Assembly (NCBI GenBank): GCA_044892525.1
Contig: CM097885.1
Coordinates: 251,968,001 to 252,032,000, forward strand
From: Schmidtea polychroa
Lineage: Eukaryota
Reading direction: 5' to 3'
DNA length: 64,000 nucleotides
The notes beneath the pieces were generated by a model. It did not search any database. It saw nothing but the letters and a program-made list of their open reading frames with translations, and was not told the origin of the DNA. Numbering within the stretch: the stretch's first letter is position 1; each line of letters starts with the position of its first letter. Below, piece by piece: positions 1 to 15,084 of this stretch. The translations under genes were made by a program, and so were the position numbers.

Positions 1-99
1 TCCTTCATCATCTCGTTGTGATAGAACAGTACATATTGTGTGAAAACTGTAACCTGTATCTAAAATAAAATATTTTTTTAAAATAGGGGTATAATAGTA

Positions 100-1060
100 C
101 CAGTTTTATCGATAGTGGTTTTTTCAGTTTTTCAAATGTCTCATCACAAGAAAATATGAGAATATCGTCCAAAGTTACCATTACTTCATTCTAATTTAAC
201 CTTCTTAAAACTATGGTCATTAATTCCTGAAACAGTGCCAGGCTTCCGCTATCCCAAATGGTACTCGATTGAAACAAAACTGACCTGCTTTTGTGGAAAA
301 TGCCCGCTTTTCTGTGACTTTATTTGTCGTCCATAAGTCTAAACATAATCTGATATCTTGTTTTCCTTTCTTTCATGCACATACCATTAGTGTGTTCCAT
401 GGAGAATTACATTTTCTAATTTTACCATTTTCTTCCGAATTTTTTATGGCGTCATCAATGTTTTCTTCTAAATGTGCTGGCTATCTCCTTGGTTTAATTA
501 AAATCGGTTTTCTGTTGTCATAATTTTATTTTTTAAAATATTTCATATCCCAATGGTCCCATCTATTTGCCATAAAAACTTCCATGGTTCTCTGCAGTCT
601 TATGATATCACTTTTTCTCACAACCAAAATATACATCTATTTTACAAAGATCTTTTCCCTGTTTAATTATAACTTCTACTTCATGCGATTCCTCATCTTT
701 CTTTCGGATTGATGGATAAATGCCAAATTCATTTTAGAGATTTTAGAAATAACTTCTTGCTTTTCTCATTTTGATTTCTCGTTTTATTTCATTATCATCT
801 AAATAATGAGTCAAGAAATATTTCATAAGCTCACTTTTCCCCATTTATTTCTCAATAACTTGTTCACCATTTTATCAATTTTCTCAAAATAGATAACTGA
901 ATTTTCTTATAATTAATTAAAACCAATAAATCTATGATAAGAGACTTCGACTTCCTAAAAGCTGTTCGTGATTTATCGTCAAAATTCGCGACATGTAAGA
1001 ATACAAAGTCGACTTTTAAAATTTATTCTTCGCAAAATCTGCCCGATGTTCAATCGCATA
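100..1060 (-). mobile_element. Ty3/gypsy pol relic (start of reverse transcriptase), degenerate
   Basis: Minus-strand translation of about 330-520 gives KPILIKPRR*PAHLEENIDDAIKNSEENGKIRKCNSPWNTLMVCA*KKGKQDIRLCLDL, the typical gypsy RT N-terminus, with stops. Boundaries approximate. Confidence 0.8.
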
Positions 1061-1179
1061 TTCAAACAAGTTTAATTTTGACGAATTTGTTTATTTTCTG
1101 AAACATTTCTGAATTGAATTGAATAGTATTTCATTTTTTATTTATTTAGTAGTTGATTTTAGATTTAATAATCTTTACA

Positions 1180-1711
1180 NNNNNNNNNNNNNNNNNNNNN
1201 NNNNNNNNNNNNNNNNNNNNNNNNNNNNNNNNNNNNNNNNNNNNNNNNNNNNNNNNNNNNNNNNNNNNNNNNNNNNNNNNNNNNNNNNNNNNNNNNNNNN
1301 NNNNNNNNNNNNNNNNNNNNNNNNNNNNNNNNNNNNNNNNNNNNNNNNNNNNNNNNNNNNNNNNNNNNNNNNNNNNNNNNNNNNNNNNNNNNNNNNNNNN
1401 NNNNNNNNNNNNNNNNNNNNNNNNNNNNNNNNNNNNNNNNNNNNNNNNNNNNNNNNNNNNNNNNNNNNNNNNNNNNNNNNNNNNNNNNNNNNNNNNNNNN
1501 NNNNNNNNNNNNNNNNNNNNNNNNNNNNNNNNNNNNNNNNNNNNNNNNNNNNNNNNNNNNNNNNNNNNNNNNNNNNNNNNNNNNNNNNNNNNNNNNNNNN
1601 NNNNNNNNNNNNNNNNNNNNNNNNNNNNNNNNNNNNNNNNNNNNNNNNNNNNNNNNNNNNNNNNNNNNNNNNNNNNNNNNNNNNNNNNNNNNNNNNNNNN
1701 NNNNNNNNNNN
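1180..1711. other. Assembly gap (N run)
   Basis: Run of n. Confidence 1.
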
Positions 1712-2052
1712 GAAAATTTATATCAAGATGAAGAATCGGTTCAGGTATTTATAATATAATATATCTTTATAAATAAACTTCCAATATAAAGTTGCCGGAT
1801 AAACTGGATAGTTCTGGTTTAACAAATTCTTTCATCAGTTCGACCCCTCAATTTTCTAATTCCTTAGCCGCTGCCTTGACAATGTGTGTGAATAATCATC
1901 TGTTTGACAGTCTCAATTACAATCACCAGTACTCAGATAGTGATTTTCTTCATCCATCTCAGCTGATAAGTGACATAATGTTCAATGGAAATAATCAGAT
2001 CCATCAACCTTACATTGACCAGTCAAATAGTCCAATATATTATAGCTCAAAT
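1712..2052 (+). CDS. Two probable host exons (up to 1744; 1792-2052), low-complexity S/N-rich, possibly the 5' part of the FAM13-like gene
   Basis: CAG|GTATTT donor at 1745, AAG acceptor at 1791 (47-nt intron), open phase-0 frame to AAT|GTACGT donor at 2053. No recognisable domain. Confidence 0.45.
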
Positions 2053-4199
2053 GTACGTAGTTTATTTCTTACCATTTATTATTGTTTATATTCTATTATT
2101 ACCTTTACCAATATTTCCTATTGTTATTGATTAAAGTTGTGAATAAATGAATATTAAAATATAATATATGATCAATATTTTCCTCATAATCCCAGGAATG
2201 ATTATAAATAAATTAATAATTCTGTAAAATTTTTAAATGATTTCCTCTATTTTAAACTTCCTGATGATATAAAATTTCACTCCTCCGAAATTCTTGCAAT
2301 TATGGCAAGGACAAGATTCATTATTCATATAAATTGAAATTAAAAACAGAAATTAAAATCTCAAATAAGCACAATATCTATCATTTGACGGTTCCATAAA
2401 CTGTGAGGTCTATGGGAATTAATTCTTAGCAATTTTTTCATAAAGTTTATTTAAATAATTATTTATTATTACAGTAGCAATTTATTTATTATTTATTTCA
2501 TAATATTTTACTGCCTTAAACAACAGAATTTCCAAAACCTCAGAAACATATTCAAATGGTGATTTGCTTAGTGTGCATATGCTTTTTGTTGCAAGTGCTA
2601 CACTAAAGTTGAAGGAAAAACTGTGTTATTTTGGAGTTTTAGGCAAATATTAAGATAAAAGACAGTAATATGATATAAAGTGTATGAGGATGGTATAGAC
2701 AAAGCCTAGAGCATAATATCCAACAGATGAGAATGAGTTTTGTTTTCAAAAAGCAAAATCTAATATAAGTTCAATGACTCAGAAAATGAGTATAGTTTGT
2801 AACCTCTGGCAAAATGATGTGAAATATGTTGACAGAGTTTAGCAAATATGTCTAAAAATCAGCTGTTGTAAGACTTGGTACCCATAAGAAATATTGATGA
2901 TTACTTTCATCTATATTCAAAGTCCCGTTAGAAAAATAAAAAATTTTGGATTGAAGATTGAATTCGAAACTCATATAGATTTTATTCCAGACTATGATTT
3001 GAAAAATACTTTTAATCAACAGGCCGACTGATTTCCAGATAAAGATAATTGAAATGACATTCTCGCGTTGAAGGTTTAACAGATAGAGATTCTTTTTTTT
3101 CAATAAACCAATGGAATCAGTATAATGCATCCCTTGACACTTCTCCTAAATAACAGAGAATTAATATGTTTATTAAAGATTTTCCCTTATTTGTCATTGA
3201 GGTCGCGGAAATTCTTCCTCTTCTTCGAATCTGTCATTGTATAACCGGTTCTTGAAAATTTCTCTTGGAAGGATTGTTGTCAATCCTATGACTAAAGGAT
3301 ATGACTAAATCTTTTTCAATCTACTTTAAGCGACTGCTTAACACTTTGTTATTTAGCTTATTTATTCATATACATTTTCCTTGATAAGTTATTTAGTTTA
3401 TGAACCCAGACAATTTTTATTCCTTTTTAATCTCCAAAATTGACCCCAAAAGGTTATTCCCTAATCTTTGCTTTATCCTTCACATTATACGATTTAATTG
3501 AAACTAACCTGTGGAGATATTCTTTCTAAATCAATAGCTTTGTCCTTGTAAATTTGTGCTGGTTAATCAAAAAAAAAATTAATAAATTATATTTACACAA
3601 TTCATTTTTATTTTTTATTATAAACCCCTAATTATTATTTTCAAGAAAAATCGAAACCAAGAAAAACGCTATTAACAAAGTTGAGGTCATCCAACAGATT
3701 ACCCATAGTATGTTCCCAAAAGAAAAGTTCTGTGAATAAATTAATATAATGTGCCTCAACTAACTTAACAAAAATACATAGAGACTTTCTTTGATCAAAT
3801 CAATAACACTTAAAAATCGAAGTCAGTAATTACCACGAACATTAGAAAAAGTTCATAAGTTTATCTCAACCATTGAAGTAACAAAATGCATTTTACAAGA
3901 TGGATTTATAAACTCTTTAGGGAAACTTGCTTCCGAGACTTTATTCATCAGTAGGCACAACTCTTTTATCAAAATTCATCTCGCCTGGAATCACAACTGT
4001 TTTTGCTTTCTATCTCCTTTATTTTTTGAAAAAGATTAAATTACCGTTGCATAAAATTATAAAAAAACATAAAGACATAATAATATAACAAATGTTTAGA
4101 GAAAATGTAATTTGAAAATTTCATGAACAATTGAAGATTTTTTAAAACATCAAATAAAATCTCTAATCTTTATAGTACTGAACACAATAGAGTAGGGGT

Positions 4200-4560
4200 T
4201 AAAATGACATTTTTATATCGATGAAACAAAATAAATTCCAGAAAATCTTAAAGATCGACTTTCAATGATTCAGATGGGTCGGAAAACCTTGATTTACCTA
4301 TTATTGTTAAGCAGAAATCTCTTAGAGGCTTTTAAGATTTAAATAGAAATGAATTCGCATTATGATTACATCAATTAAATTTATATCCGATAAAGGCAAA
4401 TCGGAGAGTTGTGTTACTGTGAGACAATGTTCTTTGACATTAAGAAACTCCTTAATATATTAATGTGTTGTTATAACTTTCCCTTTCTAATTGAATCTGA
4501 TTTTTGTAACTGTTGGATGAATATTTGAATAATTCAGGATTTTAATGCGATGATTGGCCT
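4200..4560 (+). mobile_element. pogo/Tigger-like DDE_1 transposase relic
   Basis: Degenerate translation KANRRVVLL*DNVL*H resembles the RKVLLLLDNAPxH motif; many stops. Confidence 0.4.
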
Positions 4561-4989
4561 TTAAGTAAGTAAAATTGACTCTTGAACCAATATAAAATGT
4601 TTAAACATTAAAATAAACGAGCCTGCTAGATTAAGTATTTATTTCAATATGAATTTGGTCCCACCAATCACAATTAACCTTTGATTTCGATCGGTAATTT
4701 AAAACAACCTAATTGGTGGATAGGACGATTTTTACACCATAATACGGTACTGTTTTAAACATTTCGTTCATTATCGTTCATTGCGCAAATGTCAAAGTTA
4801 CATTTATAATTTATAATTGAATTTTAGTTATTTCCGCTATTAGGAGCATTTTATTATTTCGAATTATGTCAAAATTATAATCTACATTTATGAATATTAT
4901 CATACATCTCTCCCTCCATTTCCCATCTGTCAGGTTTAGATTTTATTATTTATTTGTTTCTTTAGAACCATATTATTTCTCTGAATGTT

Positions 4990-5202
4990 NNNNNNNNNNN
5001 NNNNNNNNNNNNNNNNNNNNNNNNNNNNNNNNNNNNNNNNNNNNNNNNNNNNNNNNNNNNNNNNNNNNNNNNNNNNNNNNNNNNNNNNNNNNNNNNNNNN
5101 NNNNNNNNNNNNNNNNNNNNNNNNNNNNNNNNNNNNNNNNNNNNNNNNNNNNNNNNNNNNNNNNNNNNNNNNNNNNNNNNNNNNNNNNNNNNNNNNNNNN
5201 NN
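4990..5202. other. Assembly gap (N run)
   Basis: Run of n. Confidence 1.
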
Positions 5203-6299
5203 GTTACAATATGAATGAAATAAAATTTTAAATAATTTTTTTCTATTTGTAACGTTTCATAATTTGAATTCTCTATTTTGTCTTTACAATTTTATTCTGG
5301 ATTTTTATAATAAATGGATAAAAATGATCTATGCTGCTGTCCTTAATCAAGGATGTCCTTTCATTGGGTCTTATGAAAATGTCTCATTTGCATTTGAGTA
5401 TAAATTTTATTAATAATGACAATACAACAATTCTCTACAGATTCTTAATTTAATCTTTCTTTTCGTGTCGTACTCGGCGTTTGTTGCCATTGGAATTCTG
5501 CTATTTTAGTGTATTATTTGTGTGTAATTTCCATTCATATTCCATCGTATTTGCATATGCGTGTCTGCTATATCTATGTTTGTGTGTGTCCTCGATATTT
5601 CAATACTGCCGAATGTCTACGATACAAGACTACGATGAATCATTTCTTTTAATTTAGTTCACTCTCCAACTTTTATGGCAGATTTCAATTAATGTACTGA
5701 CTATTATATTTTCCAATCAATTGACAATGATCATAATTTAACATAGAATGGTTGGAATTTGCATTATTTTTTATAACATCCACCCTACCCATAAAATGTC
5801 ACATTTGGAATGGATTGTGTTACAATTGGGTTACAATTACAATGACATGTCTCTTTCAATTCATTGTCTATCCAGTCGTCTCTTAGGTTTTTATTGTGGT
5901 CTTATATTTGAATAACACAGAATGTATAAACTATTTAAACAAAAATAAGTGTTAACATAATAAATTTGTATACGTGAAACTGGATATTCAAAGTTACTAT
6001 TTCATTTGAGAGTATTTATATTTCGTTTTTCGATTACTTCTATTTTTAGTTGAAATTTTTTAATGAAATATCCTTATTTATTTCTCTATTTAATTTTAAA
6101 TAAACCCTTTCCACGGATTTTGAACTTGATTTGTCTACTATTACGTCTTTGAAAATAATTTTCACGGGGTAAAAACGTTAGATAACAAAATATTTCATCA
6201 TGTATATAAAGTCAAAATCAATGAAAATATAATAAGATTTTTTATGTATTTTGTACATTCATTCGTAAAGAATTTAATATGAAAAGTGAATTAAATATC

Positions 6300-7100
6300 T
6301 TCATTTTTCTTAATGTATTGACAGAAGTTTTGTCTGTTTCAAGTAAAGATAAAGCATTTATATTTGATGGTAAATAGTGTCCTGTAGATTTTCGATCTGT
6401 AAATGTGGTGGTTCATTATCAAAGATGGCAATTATATCCCTGTGTTCTTTTTTGAACTTTTTTGCCAAACCTGACATATCATATTGTTTCCATTCCTATG
6501 CTATCAACCACGCCTCCTCATTTTCCAAATATATTAATGGAAACGTTTTCAAGTTTTTTAAAATTTGAGTCTGCGTATTTCATAGTAACCAAAATGGGTT
6601 GTTTTCCAGAACATTTCGAATTAGCCCCTAATTGAACAGTTATCCATTCTGTACTTAATTTAATTCATTTTTAAGTGATAAATTTATAATATAGTGATAT
6701 CTCTTAAACTTCTATAATGCGCGTCGTAATTTATATGTAATCCAGTTAGTGTAAATTTCTGGAGAAACCAAGGCACTTTCACGGACTTTACCATGAAATA
6801 TTATTGAGTTTCTTTTTTTACAGTGATTCAACTACCAATCACTGGCGGGAGAATCAAAAAGGTTAAGCTTTTACCACTAATGTTGCATTTTCTTTTGTTT
6901 AACACATTCATAATCTGCCTGTTGTTATTTTTCATGATTGTGAACAATTCCAGCAATTGTTGCTTTCGAAATTGTGAAATGTATGTCAATTTGGTCGTAC
7001 CTCATTCTTCTTGCTAACCATTTTTAATATGGCTAGTTTATCCTTGAAGGAAAGAGTAATCCTTTCTAATTGGCTGGTCATTATTAAATTATCTTAAAAA
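6300..7100 (-). mobile_element. pogo/Tigger-like transposase relic
   Basis: Minus-strand fragments LARRMRYDQIDIHFTISKATIAGIV (HTH-like) and EHRDIIAIFDNEPPH (DDE_1-like); heavily decayed. Confidence 0.5.
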
Positions 7101-7638
7101 TTTGAAACTAAAACTAAAATTAATTTTTTTAAAAATATCCACACGCAAAAATCATTTAAGTGTAATTATAATTCGAATTTTTATAAGCTGCGCACGTACA
7201 TATTGGTACCATAAAATGAATCACGCACAAACACATTTATCATATAACATTTTGTTTTAAAACACATATATGTATACAAATATTTACTTGAATGTACATC
7301 AGATTTGTACCGTTTGTTATAACCGAAGTTTATGTCCAATGTATTTCCCATATATTTTTATATTGAAAAATAAGGAACTAATGAAATATTTTTGTAACAA
7401 GCTGATGTTTTATACAAAAATGTTTGTTATACCGAGATGTCAGTGTATTCGAAAAATATTTACCATGAAGAACTATGTTTCTTGTAGGATAGTTGACTTC
7501 ACCCTTATCATTGATTTTGCTGGCAATTTACCTATCTCTTACTGTTTAAGTTTTCTCACAAAATTACTTAATAAATAATGTATATCGTAAAAACCCTGTA
7601 TTTATCAATGAAATCATAACAGATATTGAAACCAAATA

Positions 7639-9958
7639 GACCTATCCCCCGATTTACATGGTACTTGTTTTACACGTTTTCGCTTTTACACGGTTTTCCA
7701 AATAATTTTTTTTTGTTTTTATCGCACTCTACTAAATGCTACTGTGTTTGAACACGTGCGCTGTGTACACATCTCACAGGGAATCCCGAGCTTATGTGCT
7801 GACTTGCTGCACATGCACACTGTGTCTGTATTTCTTCGCATAAGATTAAAGTTTTAAAGTTTAAAGTGAGTGCATAATTTAGATTACATATTATAAATTA
7901 ACATAAATTTAAAAAAATTATAGGCTTATAATGTCGAAAGAAGTTAAAAGAAAAGTTATTTCTTTAGAAACTAAAATCGAAATTTTGGATCGCTTACGAA
8001 AGGGAGATAGAGTAGTAGATGTTGCAAAATCATATAGCATGAACGAAGCTATAATAAGGACTATTAGAACAAATGAAAACACAATTAGAAAGAGTGTTGC
8101 AGCTGGCAATACCACGAGTATGGGCACAACATCATACACCAGAAATATCGCAATGGAAAAATGGAGAAAGCGTTAATGCTTTGGATAGAAGATCAAACAC
8201 AAAAAAGAGTACCCATTGATACGGCCGCTATAACAAATAAAGCAGTACGAATTTAGGAAAAAATTGTAGAGCAATTACCATCTTCTTCAACTGAAAAGAA
8301 GCCAAATTTTTGGCAAGTCATGGCTGGTTTGAAAGATTTAAAATAAGACATTCTTTACACAGCTTAAATTTAAAAGGTGAACTGGCTTCTGGCGACGTAG
8401 ATGCAGCCCAAGAATATCTAGCAAATTTTGGAGAAATTATTAACGACAATTCATACACCCCTGATCAGGTTTTCAATGCTGATGAGTCAGGGTTATTCTG
8501 GAAAAAAATGCCTGAAAGGACTTATGTCTCAAAATTTTATAAATCGGCTAGTGGTCATAAAGCAGCAAAAGATCGCATAACAATTCTTTTCTGTAGCAAT
8601 GCTTCAGGAGATTATATTATGAAACCATTAGTGATTAACAAATCAAAAATGCCCGTGCCTTTAAAGGAGTAAACATCAAAAATCTTCCCGTTTATTGGAG
8701 GGCTAATAAGAAAGCGTGGGTTACTGCTGCAATGTTTACTGAATGGTTTCATGAATGTTTTATCCCAGATGCCAAAAAATATTTAGGTTCAAAGGGATTG
8801 CCTTTTAAAGTGCTTTTGTTAATTGACAATGCGCCGGGTCACCCACAAGATCTAGAATATGAGAACGTTGAAGTAAAATTTTTACCAAAAAATACAACTT
8901 CATTATTACAACCATTGGACCAAGGCATAATTTCTACTTTTAAAGCTTTGTACATAAAACGAGCCTTTACATATATTTTGGAACAAATGGAGAGAAATGA
9001 ATCTTTAACAGTTATTAGTGCTTGGAAAAATTTTACAATATTAGACTATGTGAAGCATATCGCCTTATCATACACTGCGATTAAGCAAACAACGCTCAAT
9101 AGCTGTTGGAAAAAATTGTGGCCAAATGTAGTCAAAAATGAACATTCCATTTCAACGTTAAATTATGAATATTCGCAGATAGTACAGATGACGCATTCAT
9201 TGGGCGGAGAAGGTTTTGATGATTTTACTGATGATGATATCGCAGAGTTAATGGCTGATAAAGAACTAAGTGAGGATGATTTAGTTAACTTAGTTTGCGA
9301 AAGTGAGTCTGAAAAATCTGATGAAGAGGAATTAGTACCAGTAACATTCACTGCTAAAGTCATCCGCGAAGGACTCGCATTGGGAAGAAAGCTGGGTAAT
9401 CATTTTATACAAAATGACACAAACGTAGAAAGGGCTTTACGATTCCAACGTGACATAAATCGCTGCTTGGCTCAATATGAAGAAGTTTACAAAGATCTTA
9501 CAAAAAATTCGAAGCAATTGTTAATAACCGATTTTATTACCACCTCTCAGAATGTAAATACTTCTGCTTCAAACATCGAATCGGCACAAATAACTTCGAG
9601 TGATGAAAATGAATTCCAACCTTCGATTCCGAAAAAAAGAATGAGAGTAATTTCTGATAGTGATGAAGGATAATAAAACACCATTGGTTTTATTTTTTGT
9701 TCTTCTGTTTAATGTATTGTAATTAAATAAAAAAACAGTGTTTCCGTAATATATTACATATTTAAACCTGTCAATGCATTTTATTTTTATTTCTGTGTAC
9801 ACCTAAAAATATTGAAAAAAATTACAACTGTTAAATAGCAAAATTATGCATTTTCTGCAAGCTTTTCGATTTACACGGTTTTGACTTGAAAATTTTTAAT
9901 TTTCGATTTACACGTTTTTCTCAGGAATGTATCTACCGTGTAAATCGGGGGATAGGTG
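7639..9958 (+). mobile_element. Full-length Tigger/pogo DNA transposon
   Basis: TIRs (g/c)acctatcccccgatttacaYggta at 7639 and ending at 9958, TA target duplication on both sides, internal transposase. Confidence 0.95.
7931..9673 (+). pseudogene. Tigger transposase (HTH_psq, CENP-B HTH, DDE_1), frameshifted
   Basis: Split over ORFs 7931-8176, 8310-8672 and 8732-9673; motifs ASHGWFERFK, FNADESGLFW, LLLIDNAPGH, LLQPLDQGII. Confidence 0.95.
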
Positions 9959-10179
9959 TATGCAAATATGTAAAATAAATTGTTTTATGGCGTTTGAAAA
10001 TCTGTAAAATTACGTGTTGTCAAAAGTGTTTACGTCCAAACGGTTAGCAGTTTGTATACATCTTAGACAACTCAAAAAAATTGAACAAGTGCTCTCTTTA
10101 ATCTGTATTGTATTGTTATCTTTGGTGAAACTATTAATAAATATTCGAAGTATCTATACATTTTTCAGATGCTCTCTAT

Positions 10180-10707
10180 TAGGGACGTAGCTGGGATTTC
10201 AGCTTGGAGGGGGGGGGGGGGCAATATTATTAATTATTGCAATTCATCGAGCAATATTAAAAGTTGACACGGAAAAATAGAAAAAAATATTTTAAGATAA
10301 TTAACAAATTTATTATTAATTATTAACAATGTTTATTACATAGAATATATTACAATATAATATTAATTCGTCTTTGTCCCTTCATTAATTCAGAAAGTAT
10401 TTCATCCGGACTTATTTCAATGTCTTGAATAATATATAACAAAGCCAAACCTTTAGCCTTTTTTTCATCCAAGGTATTTCTTAAATATGACTTCAGGTAT
10501 TTAAGTGATAAAAAAGAACGCACTGCTGCACAAGCTGATACCGGCAAAGTAGCAAATATTGTGAGAAGAATAAAAATATTTTTATAAAAAATTGGATCAA
10601 ATATTGCTAATGATTTAAATTTTTTTGTACTCTAATTTATATTTAATAATCAATAATTTATTTGGGAGGTGTTCAAATTCCGCATATGCCCCCTAGGTAC
10701 GTCCCTG
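10180..10707 (-). mobile_element. hAT internal-deletion derivative retaining the C-terminal dimerisation domain
   Basis: TIRs (t/c)agggacgta; perfect 8-bp TSD CTCTCTAT at 10172-10179 and 10708-10715; ORF 10350-10547 PVSACAAVRSFLSLKYLKSYLRNTL matches hATC. Confidence 0.92.
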
Positions 10708-10945
10708 CTCTCTATTATATTTCCTAGAAATGAAAAAAGAAATTGTTTATATAAATTTTTAAAATACAGAATTCATATTAAAAAATAACTTTCAAAGTGC
10801 TTATGATAAAATGCCTATAAAGTTGTTTTCATAATTTTATTACAAATGTAATAAAATAATTAATAAAAACAAAAACTAATATTTACATTACAAAATCCCA
10901 AATATAGTAATTTGTATCGTTATAATATTTCTAAAAAAATTTCAG

Positions 10946-11320
10946 AATCGTAATATAGTTTCCGCAGTAGAAAGAAAAAGATTATTTGATGATAATTCAA
11001 AATATTCTCTGCCGCGTCATTTTAACCAATCAAACAATTCACAATTTTATTTGAATAATTTCGACAATAGCCCTAAAGGTCTCGATGTAATTAATAAGTC
11101 AGATACATTTTCTTCATTTACCCGAAATCACAATCACGTTGACACCGTTATTGAAAGACCAATGAGCCAAGTTCCACAATTAGATTTATCCTCATTAACA
11201 GAACAATCAGAATCAGATAACAATAAGCCACAAGGTAGAATCAGTAGTGGGGAAGTTAGCAAACCAACTGTAAATAATAGGCAAATGAAATCAGTTACCA
11301 ATCATCCAACAATCCACGAG
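10946..11320 (+). CDS. Host exon, probably FAM13-like gene
   Basis: TTCAG acceptor, GAG|GTAAAT donor, phase 0/0 open frame; VPQLDLSSL resembles the FAM13 PHLDL segment. Confidence 0.6.
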
Positions 11321-13779
11321 GTAAATATATTTCTTGTTTATATTTTTACTTTATAAGAATTTGGATTTTTGTTTTAATTAATTATTTGGCACGTTAATAT
11401 CAATAATTTATTCAATAATCCTATTTTTATGTGGAAACAAAGTTTATGGATTTAGATAAAGCCGAAGAGGGGGGGGGTGATTTTTCTATTAATTATTTCA
11501 CTAATTCATTTTTTTCAAATTATTTAAAGATAGAATTTGGTTGTTTATTTTAATGAAACACTGATAATTAATTTTATTTCAACTCTGACTCTTCATCGTT
11601 TTTGGTACACCTTCGGTTTCGGTTTTGGTTTCATCGACAATTTCTTTAATGGAAAAAAATTAATTCCTCATTGAAAGAAATAGATGTCGTTAATACAAAA
11701 GCCAGTGTAGATAATAGTGATTGTTTTTGGAATTGAGCATAAGAAACTACCATAAAATGAGAATTAATAATAATTAATGAAATAAATATGTCAATGATTT
11801 TTAATTATTGAATGTGCATTTGATAATTCAATAAAATTGTTGATACAATTGTTGATTCAATAAAATTGAGTTGTTAATGATGATAAAAGAGACTATTGAT
11901 AAATTTATTAAAGATCCTAAAGATTCATATATGAGAATGTATGGGTGTAATTTGACTAGAATGGGTAAATCGAATACATTTAATAGTGCATCAAAGGATG
12001 ATGAGTAACTGAGTCTAAATTTGTGTTGGTGTTGACGTACTCGGAAAGTTTTAAAGATTATAAGAGAAAGATAAGCAAGCATTTGGGAAGTTTAAATTAT
12101 AAGATAGTGTCTAATTCATTTAAAGTATGCAATGTTTATTAATAAATCTACTGTGTGCTGATTTCGTTTATTAATTTAAAAGTAATCAGTTTAATGCCAC
12201 ATACAATGGAGTGACTTCCCTTCACCTCATTACTCGAGTTATTGAACATTGTCCGCCGAAAGGATCGATTAAATAGTGAATAACAAGAAATTCTGAGTAA
12301 ATAATGGAATTTGCTATCAGCATTCAACTAGAAGCAAATACTTCGAAAGTATTATATTAAAAGACATTAAGAATCTATGTTAGCGAAAATAATTCTGAAG
12401 TTCTAAAATATTTAATTGAAAAACGAATTGAGGATGCCATAATTTCAATAAATATGAAAATGAACAGATAATGAAAAAGATATTTATTTTAGGGATATAT
12501 TGGGAATAAAAACGTTCCCGTTAAAAAAGATACCTAAAGGTAACTCAAGTTTTAAAAATTATGTGTATAGTATTTATTAAAGAATTGATTATGAGTCAGT
12601 AGAGTTATCGATGTTTTTTTATATCTCTTTTTTATATGAATAAATGATGAAACTAACTAATTATTAAAGATCTGTCAAGATCAACGAACTAAATGATATG
12701 GAGAATTTCAAAATTCCTAGCCAAATTGTAATATACCAAATTTACCCTTAACAGAAAACTATTTATTTCCGAAGAAAATGAGCTTCAAAATGATTACAAA
12801 AAATTGGAAATTTATTTCAGTTGTGTTAAAACATTTTAAACATTAAAACTTACTTATAAATAATAACCCTAACAATTCGCGTATTCTCAATTATTTCAAA
12901 ATTTTGATAAATTAAATATTAACTTTAAAGTAAATTTACATGAAATGACCGTAAAAATTTCCCAATAAAATAATTTTATGCATGTAGTTAGATCTACTTA
13001 TTAACGTCAATTTTTAAATTGTACACAATTGCTACAACTACGTAAATTTAGTTTTAATAACTTTCAGTTAACTAGAAGACTGTCAAGAAGAGATTGCATT
13101 TTTAATATAGTTGAGTAGCAATTGAAGACGATTAAAATATTCAATAGCAATTTTCCCATAACCGATTTTTAGCTCTTTGACTTTAATGAAATCTTTCGAT
13201 TCATCAATTAACTTGAATTTTGCTTGTAAATATGGAGTTATCAACATTTTTCGTGCAGTAAATATTTCAGTAAACGTAAATAATGCGTTTGTACTCAATT
13301 TTGTTAAAATTCTGATTTACAAAAAATAATTCAAAAAAAAGTTTGACAATATTGAATATATTTGGCAGTAAAATCAAATTTTCTGGATATTTTTATAAAT
13401 TTTTGGCTTCATTCAATCCTTGATTGCTGAAGTTTGTTATTGGATCAAACTTTACTCAGATTAATTAAAATAGATCATTTGATAGATTATTTAATAATAA
13501 TACTAATAAATAATCAAAGAAATTTTCATTTATCTTCAATTAGTTTTTGACTATAGATCAATAATTGTTATTTATTACCAATAAATTAATTTACCTATCT
13601 TAATATTAACATTTTCTTTTCTGCGATTTGTTGAACAGAAATATAAAATTGGTCTTTGTGAACACTAATAGATTATTTATAGCTGAAAACGGTTAGATTT
13701 CTGTTCTTATTATTTGTTGTTGATTGTGGAAAAGATTGAAAGGTTATCAAAGTACATGATTTGGCTATTTATTTTGTGA

Positions 13780-14250
13780 AATTAATCGGGCAATTGATGC
13801 GCATCTGCTCTGTGGTGTAAATTTGTGTCCCAATCAAATATTGTATCAATTTGTATGCAATAATTCCTATCGCCACCTAAGCTATCGGGATAGTTTACAA
13901 ATAATAATTGCATGAAAATTTGCCTCCATGTAGCTTTGCTACACAATTCCACTATTGGACTTTCTCTTACACAATCTCTATGAATCATTAAATATGCGAT
14001 GATATAATCTTATCACTCTCGCCATCATCATTTCCAATGATATTTCATCTGAAATATGATACTAATTACTTTTTTACTATTCCTACTGATTAATCTACAC
14101 TTTTACCACACTTCATTAAAATTATTCCATTTGTTTCCCATACATCAGTACCAGATTTAGAAAAATGTATTTCACCTATCAGTTCTAATATATAATGGTT
14201 GGAATGTTTTGATATTCTAATTCATCGAATTCCACTCCTAATTTCATTAA
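13780..14250 (-). mobile_element. Possible Merlin/IS1595-like transposase relic
   Basis: LFVNYPDSLGGDRNYCIQIDT resembles the Merlin LGGxxxxVQIDES first catalytic motif; otherwise decayed. Confidence 0.35.
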
Positions 14251-15084
14251 AATTTATTAAAGTGTATAAAAATAATAATTAACATTCCATCTTGTTTTTA
14301 GTTTTTACACCATTCCTTGAAGTTCGTGTATACTAGAGAAATAATACAAATATTAAATTAATTTTGATTTTTAACTTGTCTGAATTTTTGAAATGCATAG
14401 AAAAAACATGATTCTTTCTATATTATTAGCTTAGTGGTTTTGTTGACGAGTTATAATTATAAAGTTTAATACCTATAAGGCTAAACAAACAAAAATATCG
14501 CATTAATAATCGCTTAATAAAGATTCGTGCATGACTTAATAACTTTTTCGTGGATACTTATTAAACTTTATGATTCTTAGATAATATTTGGAATATCTTT
14601 TTCATAAGGTAAGAAATTAAATTAAATTTAATTAGGTTATTTGAAAACACTAGATGTTATAAATAGAAATGAATCCAGGATGATAATCATAAAAAATGTT
14701 TGTCCAAATTACTCACTTTTCAATAACCCGGATAGTCAAGTATCAATTCATCAAACTACCTAAGTAATCTGGTAACGTGGGTGTTTATTATATTTAATTT
14801 TAATCCCAGAAATTTAATACAGAACTGTTTGATTGAAACCATAATTTCAACACAAAAATTTAAAACATTGTTCCATTTTAATTTAAGAGATAATATTTTG
14901 AAACGATAACAAATTTTAAGGTAAAAGTGCTCTTAATTTAGTAATAAAAATTTCGGTAACACAAAATGCTCCTTCCAATGAAGTCTGTGAAGAATTTATG
15001 GTGAGTAAAGCTTCATACGATTTATCTAACTTGCTCGATCTAATCCGTTAATTAATTTTTAGTAACTCTTTAGATTGTAAGGTA

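Noticed and set aside
2600-3560. Possible LINE RT-tail relic on the minus strand
   Set aside because: Only vague motif resemblance; cannot be supported.
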